Positions 57,282 to 64,000 of a stretch of DNA of 64,000 nucleotides are shown piece after piece. Each line of letters starts with the position of its first letter. The stretch's first letter is position 1. The translations under genes and the position numbers were made by a program. The notes below the pieces were generated by a model. It made no database searches. It saw only the letters and a program-made list of their open reading frames with translations, and was not told the DNA's origin. The DNA comes from Candidatus Omnitrophica bacterium UBA6215 (GTDB lineage Bacteria > Omnitrophota > Gorgyraeia > Pluralincolimonadales > Pluralincolimonadaceae), in NCBI GenBank assembly GCA_002421665.1, contig DISH01000004.1:245109-309108 (forward strand), read 5' to 3'.

Positions 57282-57776
57282 ATGGCAACACTAAAGATAC
57301 GTAAATATCCCGAGCCTGTTCTCAGGAAGAGGGCGGCCGAGGTAAAAGCTTTGTCCGATGCCGACAGGAAGCTCATCGATGACATGATCGAGACGATGAA
57401 GACCTCCGACGGCGTGGGGCTTGCAGCAAACCAGGTTGGGGTCCTCAAGAGGATCATAACCTATAATCCTTCGACAGACGGTTGGCGTGCGGACGCGCTG
57501 ATCAATCCTTGCATAGTAAAGAGGCGCGGGAGCGAGACGAAGGAAGAGGGTTGCCTGAGCCTTCCGGGAATTAACGGGTCGGTCCGTCGCAGCCTTTCCG
57601 TGGTCGTCGAAGGTATCGATATCAAAGGCAAGCCTGTCTGCTACGAGGCGACAGGGCTTCTTGCCAGGGTGTTCCAGCATGAGATAGACCATCTTGACGG
57701 TATCCTTTTTATAGACAGGCTGAATCCGTTGAAACGCATGATGGCAAAGCGCAATCTCAAGAAAGAGTCTAAATGA
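57282..57776 (+). CDS. def: peptide deformylase
   Basis: GLAANQVG, EGCLSLPG, HEIDHLDG metal-binding motifs. Confidence 0.95.
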   Translation: MATLKIRKYPEPVLRKRAAEVKALSDADRKLIDDMIETMKTSDGVGLAANQVGVLKRIITYNPSTDGWRADALINPCIVKRRGSETKEEGCLSLPGINGSVRRSLSVVVEGIDIKGKPVCYEATGLLARVFQHEIDHLDGILFIDRLNPLKRMMAKRNLKKESK

Positions 57777-58708
57777 AGATAGTTTTCTTCGGTACTTCGG
57801 GATTCGCGGTGCCGAGCCTTGAGAGGCTAAGCCAGTTCCACGGTATCGAGGCGGTAATAACAAAGCCGGACAAGCCCCGGGGCAGGCGGCTTATAAGCGC
57901 TCCTTCGCCTGTAAAAAAAGCGGCCGCGGGTTTGGGCATTCCAGTAATGTCGATCGAGGGGCTGCCGCTTGCCGAATCCGAGAAGCTGTTAAAGGATTAT
58001 TGCGCCGACCTGTTTGTAGTAATAGCTTACGGCCGGATCCTTCCGCTTAAGCTACTTTGCCTCCCAAAGGTATATTCGATAGGCCTGCATGCGTCGCTGC
58101 TTCCCGCTTACAGGGGGGCTTCTCCCATAAACTGGGCCTTGATAAACGGCGAGAAGGAGAGCGGGGTCAGCGTATTCCGCCTTAACGAGAAGATGGACGC
58201 GGGCGAGGTCGTGATGCAGAAAAGGACGGATATATCGCAGGACGACAACGCCGAGACTCTTTCCGGCAGACTTGCAGCCATAGGTTCGGACCTGCTGGTA
58301 GAAGCGGTAGATGCCATTGCCGCAGGTACAGCCGTGCTGTCATTGCAGGACGAATCGAGGGCAACGGTGACCCCAAAGCTAAAGAAGGATGACGGCAGGA
58401 TAGATTGGGAAAGATCGTCGGGCGAGATACATAACCGTATAAGGGGCATGTATGGCTGGCCGGGGGCCTTCTCAAATCTCGGGAACAAGACCATTAAGAT
58501 ATGGTCATCAATCCCTGATGATACCTCGGATAAGGGGAGAGCAGTCCCCGGGGAGATAACTGCGGCAGGCTCGGGTGTAATAAAAGTCGCTTGCGGCAGG
58601 GGGACCCTCGATATACTGGAGATACAGGCCGAAGGCGGAAAGAGGATGAAGGCTTCAGAATACGCTCTCGGACATGCGATACGGCCGGGATCAAAATTTG
58701 TCAAATGA
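57773..58708 (+). CDS. fmt: methionyl-tRNA formyltransferase
   Basis: MKIVFFGTSGFAVPSLERL N-terminus, HASLLPAYRGASPI (formyltransferase core), and position immediately after def (ATGA overlap). Confidence 0.95.
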   Translation: MKIVFFGTSGFAVPSLERLSQFHGIEAVITKPDKPRGRRLISAPSPVKKAAAGLGIPVMSIEGLPLAESEKLLKDYCADLFVVIAYGRILPLKLLCLPKVYSIGLHASLLPAYRGASPINWALINGEKESGVSVFRLNEKMDAGEVVMQKRTDISQDDNAETLSGRLAAIGSDLLVEAVDAIAAGTAVLSLQDESRATVTPKLKKDDGRIDWERSSGEIHNRIRGMYGWPGAFSNLGNKTIKIWSSIPDDTSDKGRAVPGEITAAGSGVIKVACGRGTLDILEIQAEGGKRMKASEYALGHAIRPGSKFVK

Positions 58709-58709
58709 C

Positions 58710-58737
58710 TTGCATTGACGCCCGTATATGATATAAT
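58710..58737 (+). promoter_or_regulatory. candidate sigma70 promoter TTGCAT-N16-TATAAT upstream of the CBS-protein/galT/gap operon
   Basis: TTGCAT at 58710-58715, TATAAT at 58732-58737, in the 58-nt gap after fmt; the ATG follows at 58767. Confidence 0.4.
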
Positions 58738-58766
58738 ATCAAACTGTTTATCCTAGACCTACTTAT

Positions 58767-60095
58767 ATGATCAATAATAAAGTCGCGCCAAGCGAATTAA
58801 TTCGTCGGGATTTCCAGCATCTTAAGGAGACCGAGGAATTATATACTACAGATGAGATAGCGGACCTTCTATTCGTCCAGTCGCTGGAGGGAAGGGCCCA
58901 CAATGGGGCCGGTGCCTTCCAGAAGAGTTTTTATGTAAACACGACGATAGATGATATCGTGCGTGCCCTTAAACTCGACCCGGACGACGTGAAGACGCGC
59001 CGCCAGATGCTGATAGACGACATCGCGGTTTTCGTGGATGATACTATAAAGGGTAAACCCCGCAAGAGGCTGGTTAACGCGAAGGGAGAACCGTTCATAG
59101 GCGTACCGGCCCTGCGCGATATAGAAGTCGATGCCGGGGATGTGCTCAAGGGTATCTATATAGGCGGCCTTAGGGATGATCCCGGCCCCCGTGCCGCAGC
59201 GGAAAAGAAATACGGTATCACCATCGGTTACGGTAAATGTTACCCCGTTAATATCGAGGTCATGGAGAGGATGTCCCTTGACGGGGAGATACTCGCCCAC
59301 CGCGAGAATGCCGGGTCGATAGAGGCCTTCAAGAGGGCCGGATTGATCCTGGCGGAAGAGAACCTCAGGTCAATTCCCGCAGATAAGGTGAGGTACCTTT
59401 ATATCAGGCATAAGATCGGACCGGGACAGTCCGACGACGGCGCTATAGTAGCCAGCGGGATGGTCTATAATAAGGACGTTGCACTTGGCATATTCCTTGC
59501 AGATGCCATTGATACGCTTGAGAAATATGTGCACGTATACAGGGACCAGGATGACGATCTTGGCTACAGGATCCAGAAAGAATACCCTGACCTCGGGGTT
59601 ACAATGGACCAGGTCCTTGAGATAACATACCTGGCGGCGGTCCCGGAGGAGCTTGATGCGCAGACCCCGGACAGTTCATTGAGATATTTTCTTACAATAG
59701 ACAGGCAGGTAGGCCAATGTGCTTTGCAAAGCCATTTTAACTTTATCGAAAAGAAGCCGTATTTCCCTATGTTCCTGAGCTTTAACAGGTCGTTGTCAAC
59801 GGATTTTTATGCTTATATAAGGAATAAGGTCGCCGGACTCAAGAACTTGCAGGCGGTAGTGACCTCCGACGTAGTCCTTAAAGGTTTGGAGGCGCCGGTA
59901 GATAATTTCCTTAAAAGGCCCGCTGTAATAGTAAAGCCTGGCGTTTCGCTTAAGGATGCTGTCGCTAAGATGCGTTCCAGCGGCGCGGAGTTCCTTATAA
60001 TCCAGGATGACTGTAATTCGGTCCAGGGCGTTATATCGATGAATGATCTTCTTAAGCTGATGATGGAGAACGGCAGAAGAGAGAATAATGCCTGA
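58767..60095 (+). CDS. hypothetical protein with C-terminal CBS domain
   Basis: C-terminus PAVIVKPGVSLKDAVAKMRSSGAEFLIIQDDCNSVQGVISMNDLLKLM is CBS-like. The N-terminal ~370 aa are unrecognised. Confidence 0.55.
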   Translation: MINNKVAPSELIRRDFQHLKETEELYTTDEIADLLFVQSLEGRAHNGAGAFQKSFYVNTTIDDIVRALKLDPDDVKTRRQMLIDDIAVFVDDTIKGKPRKRLVNAKGEPFIGVPALRDIEVDAGDVLKGIYIGGLRDDPGPRAAAEKKYGITIGYGKCYPVNIEVMERMSLDGEILAHRENAGSIEAFKRAGLILAEENLRSIPADKVRYLYIRHKIGPGQSDDGAIVASGMVYNKDVALGIFLADAIDTLEKYVHVYRDQDDDLGYRIQKEYPDLGVTMDQVLEITYLAAVPEELDAQTPDSSLRYFLTIDRQVGQCALQSHFNFIEKKPYFPMFLSFNRSLSTDFYAYIRNKVAGLKNLQAVVTSDVVLKGLEAPVDNFLKRPAVIVKPGVSLKDAVAKMRSSGAEFLIIQDDCNSVQGVISMNDLLKLMMENGRRENNA

Positions 60096-61119
60096 ATTCA
60101 GGAAGGATCCTATCATAGGCAGGTGGGTTATTGTAGCGACCGAGAGGGCGCGCAGGCCGAGCGATTTTGTGCCCCATTCCGTTTCGGACGAGAGGTCCGC
60201 GGAGATACCTTGTCCGTTCTGCGAGGGTAAGGAAGACCAGACGCCCCCGCCGGAAATATTTGCCATCAGGTCCCAGGGCAGCAAGCCGAATACGCCAGGT
60301 TGGCAGGTAAGGGTCGTACCCTCCGTTTCGCCGGCGCTCAAGATCGAGGGCAAGATAGAGCGGCGCGGAAGAGGAGTATACGACGTCATGAACGGCATCG
60401 GCGCGCATGAGATAATAATCGAGACCCCTCATCATATATATAATTTAGCCGATCTTCCGGAAGAACAGATATCTGCTTCGGTGAACGCCTATATCGAACG
60501 CATGACCGACCTGAGCAAAGACCCCAGGTTCAAATATGCGCTCTTGTTCAAGAATTATGGTTTGGCCGCCGGGGCAGGCAGGATCTTCCACGCCCATTCT
60601 CAGCTTATAGCTATGCCCGTAAATCCCATAAGGCTTAAGGATGAGTTGGTCGGTTCAAGGCAGTATTTCGAGTATAAGGAGCGCTGTATTTTTTGCGATA
60701 TCATAAGGCAGGAGATGGATTCAGGAAAGAGGATAATCGCCGATGTGGACGGGTTCATAGCCTTTGCTCCGTTCGCGTCCAGGTTCCCGTTCGAGATCTG
60801 CGTTTTGCCGAAAAAGCATAGCGCGGATTTTACGAGCCTGCCTAAGGACAAGAGGCTGGATTTCGCCAGGATCCTGAAAGTTGTCCTATCCAAACTTAAG
60901 AAGGCCCTGGTAGACCCGCCTTATAATATCATATTGCATACGGCGCCTTTCAGGGTCCCAAAGGCGGGCTACTGGAAGACTATTGACGAGGATTTCCACT
61001 GGCATATGGAGATCATGCCGCGGCTTACGCGCGTTGCCGGTTTTGAATGGGGCAGCGGGTTCTACATAAATCCCACGCCGCCGGAAGACGCTGCTAAATA
61101 CCTCAGCGAGATGGAGTAA
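60088..61119 (+). CDS. galT: GalT-like HIT-family nucleotidyltransferase (galactose-1-phosphate uridylyltransferase family), copy 1
   Basis: DPIIGRWVIVATERARRP, zinc site CPFCEG, active-site HAHSQLIA (variant of HPHGQ), second half-site C..C..H. Confidence 0.8.
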   Translation: MPEFRKDPIIGRWVIVATERARRPSDFVPHSVSDERSAEIPCPFCEGKEDQTPPPEIFAIRSQGSKPNTPGWQVRVVPSVSPALKIEGKIERRGRGVYDVMNGIGAHEIIIETPHHIYNLADLPEEQISASVNAYIERMTDLSKDPRFKYALLFKNYGLAAGAGRIFHAHSQLIAMPVNPIRLKDELVGSRQYFEYKERCIFCDIIRQEMDSGKRIIADVDGFIAFAPFASRFPFEICVLPKKHSADFTSLPKDKRLDFARILKVVLSKLKKALVDPPYNIILHTAPFRVPKAGYWKTIDEDFHWHMEIMPRLTRVAGFEWGSGFYINPTPPEDAAKYLSEME

Positions 61120-61122
61120 CGT

Positions 61123-62121
61123 ATGGCCGAGCTCAGGCGAGACCCTATAACAGGCAGGTGGGTCATAATCGAGATAGATAAGGCGAAGAACCCGTCCGAT
61201 TATCCGGCCGAAGAACATACGAAGAGGGGAGGCATCTGTCCTTTTTGTCCCGGGAACGAACGTATGACGCCCCCGGAGATATTCGCCTACCGCGACGAAA
61301 AAACGAAGGCGAATACTCCCGGCTGGCAGACACGCGTAATACCCAACAAGTTCCCCGCCCTGAGGGTCGAAGGCAACCTCGACAGGATCGGCATCGGGAT
61401 GTACGACATGATGAACGGCATCGGCGCGCACGAGGTCATTATCGAGAACCCGGACCATGACAGGGAGCTCTGTGACCTGATGGACGAGGAAGTGGAGCGG
61501 GTTATATGGGCATACCGCAACAGGTGTCTTGACCTTAAAGGCGACAAGAGGTTCAAGTATATCCTCGTTTTCAAGAATTTCGGGCTTTCGGCCGGGGCCT
61601 CGCTTGAACACCCGCATTCGCAGCTGATCGCCCTGCCGATCATTCCCAAGAGGGTGATAGAAGAGTTGCGCTGGTCGGAGAAATATTACGATTACAGGGA
61701 AAGGTGTGTTTTTTGCGACGTTATACACCAGGAGATCGAGGAGAGGGAGAGGGTCATCACGGAGAACAAGAGCTTCATAGCCTTCGCGCCTTTCGTATCG
61801 AGGTTCCCGTTCGAGTACTCGATATTCCCGAAGATGCACTCAGCGGATTTCAGCAATATACAGAAGGAGGAGGTCACCGACCTCGCGAGGATACTTAAGG
61901 AGACGCTCATGAGGATGAAGCTTGCCCTTAATAATCCTTCATATAATTTCATAATTCATACTGCCCCCCTGGATTCCAGCGAGAGGGCGGATTACCACTG
62001 GCATATAGAAGTAATGCCCAGGATGGGACGGACCGCCGGATTCGAATGGGGGACGGGATTCTATCTTAACCCCACTCCCCCGGAGATAGCGGCTTGGGCT
62101 TTGAGGGAAGTATCACTTTAA
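61123..62121 (+). CDS. galT: GalT-like HIT-family nucleotidyltransferase, copy 2 (tandem paralog)
   Basis: [32 protein letters not shown]; same layout as copy 1. Confidence 0.8.
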   Translation: MAELRRDPITGRWVIIEIDKAKNPSDYPAEEHTKRGGICPFCPGNERMTPPEIFAYRDEKTKANTPGWQTRVIPNKFPALRVEGNLDRIGIGMYDMMNGIGAHEVIIENPDHDRELCDLMDEEVERVIWAYRNRCLDLKGDKRFKYILVFKNFGLSAGASLEHPHSQLIALPIIPKRVIEELRWSEKYYDYRERCVFCDVIHQEIEERERVITENKSFIAFAPFVSRFPFEYSIFPKMHSADFSNIQKEEVTDLARILKETLMRMKLALNNPSYNFIIHTAPLDSSERADYHWHIEVMPRMGRTAGFEWGTGFYLNPTPPEIAAWALREVSL

Positions 62122-62161
62122 CGAAAAGACAAAACAAATAAACAGAAAGGGAGGGTTAGAA

Positions 62162-63214
62162 ATGGCTGTAAAAGTCGGTATCAATGGTTTTGGAAGGATA
62201 GGTCGTCTTGTGGCGAGAGCCATTCTTGAAAAGAAGAGCAAAGATCTTGAACTCGTAGCGATCAACGATATCACCGATGCGAAGACCAATGCATACCTTT
62301 TCCAGTATGATTCCGTTCATGGAAGGTTCCCCGGCGTGGTAAAGGCCGTTTCGGACGATACGATCTCCGCAGACGGGAAAACGATCAAGGTCCTTGCGAA
62401 GAGGGACCCGGGTGAGCTTCCCTGGAAGGAACTGGGTGTTGAGATAGTTGTGGAGTCGACGGGCCTCTTCACGATAAAGAAGGACGGCGTGAACAAGAAG
62501 GGCAAAGAAGTGAAAGGCGCCGAGAACCATATAACCAAAGGCGGGGCAAAGAAGGTCATTATATCTGCGCCCGCGCAGGACGAGGACATCACGATAGTCA
62601 TGGGTGTGAATGAGGACAAATACGATCCGAAGAACCACAACGTCGTATCCAACGCATCGTGTACGACCAACTGCCTCGCGCCTGTGGCAAAAGTCCTTCA
62701 CGAGAAATACGGTATCGTCAAAGGTCTCATGACGACGATACACGCATATACGAACGACCAGAGGGTCCAGGACCAGGCGCATTCGGACCTGCGTCGTTCG
62801 CGTGCCGCCGCAGTATCCATGATACCGACAACGACCGGCGCCGCGAAAGCTATATCGCTGGTCATCCCTGAGCTTAAAGGTAAGCTTGACGGATTCTCAA
62901 TGCGGGTCCCGGTAGCGAACGTCTCGGTTGTGGACCTTTCCTGCTCGCTCGGCAAGAAAGCCACTGCCGAAGAGATCAATGCCGCCATGAAAGAAGCCTC
63001 TGAGGGCAAACTCAAGGGCATACTCGGCTATACCGAAGACCCGGTCGTCTCGGTAGATTTCAACCATTGCTCGCTAAGTTCTATTGTTGACGCGAAGAGC
63101 ACCAAGGTTATCGGTGATGATTTCGTCAAGGTCCTTTCGTGGTATGACAACGAATGGGGCTACTCCAACAGGGTCGTTGACCTCTGCGAGTATATGGTAA
63201 AGAAGGGTCTTTAA
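62162..63214 (+). CDS. gap: glyceraldehyde-3-phosphate dehydrogenase (type I)
   Basis: [21 protein letters not shown] catalytic Cys. SD GGGAGGG upstream. Confidence 0.97.
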   Translation: MAVKVGINGFGRIGRLVARAILEKKSKDLELVAINDITDAKTNAYLFQYDSVHGRFPGVVKAVSDDTISADGKTIKVLAKRDPGELPWKELGVEIVVESTGLFTIKKDGVNKKGKEVKGAENHITKGGAKKVIISAPAQDEDITIVMGVNEDKYDPKNHNVVSNASCTTNCLAPVAKVLHEKYGIVKGLMTTIHAYTNDQRVQDQAHSDLRRSRAAAVSMIPTTTGAAKAISLVIPELKGKLDGFSMRVPVANVSVVDLSCSLGKKATAEEINAAMKEASEGKLKGILGYTEDPVVSVDFNHCSLSSIVDAKSTKVIGDDFVKVLSWYDNEWGYSNRVVDLCEYMVKKGL

Positions 63215-63232
63215 GGAAAGGAGTCCTGCGAT

Positions 63233-64000
<768 letters not shown>

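Noticed and set aside
60886-61839. 317-aa minus-strand ORF
   Set aside because: Antisense to the two galT-like genes; Arg-rich, no motifs.

Overview
This 64 kb window is almost entirely coding and almost entirely on the + strand. Positions ~200–53,900 hold one co-directional cell-surface glycan / LPS-type biosynthesis cluster of about 48 genes. Many junctions overlap by 1–20 nt (ATGA, TAATG, GTGA), which suggests translational coupling and very long transcripts. Downstream are housekeeping genes: family-4 uracil-DNA glycosylase, priA, a minus-strand TPR protein, def, fmt, a CBS-domain protein, two tandem GalT-like HIT-family genes, gap and the 5' part of pgk.

The glycan cluster contains:
- a WecA/MraY-family initiating transferase
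- at least 16 GT2/GT4/GT9/GT28-type glycosyltransferases
- two polyprenol-phosphate-sugar synthase (ArnC/GtrB/DPM1-like) + GT-C membrane transferase modules
- an MsbA/PglK-type ABC exporter
- a Wzy_C (WaaL/O-antigen ligase) protein
- two LPS heptosyltransferases, GmhB, and two WaaE/KdtX-like core GT2 paralogs
- dTDP-4-dehydrorhamnose reductase and two SDR epimerase/dehydratases
- a tailoring set: five class-I SAM methyltransferases, two B12-binding radical SAM enzymes, one radical SAM/SPASM enzyme, two acylneuraminate-type cytidylyltransferase domains (one fused to a GT2), two TagF-like GT-B proteins, two FemAB/CelD-like GNAT proteins, a DegT aminotransferase, a hexapeptide acetyltransferase, an AsnB-type amidotransferase and a NodB deacetylase.

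Unusual domain architectures are GT2–cytidylyltransferase, PNPT–(TM + CoA_binding_3-like), and GT4–TM–DUF218.

No tRNA, rRNA, CRISPR or recognisable mobile element was seen. There is one low-GC island (~19.2–20.6 kb) and one ~390-nt non-coding gap (40,938–41,328). All functional calls rest on motif recognition by eye from the translations; nothing was checked against a database.
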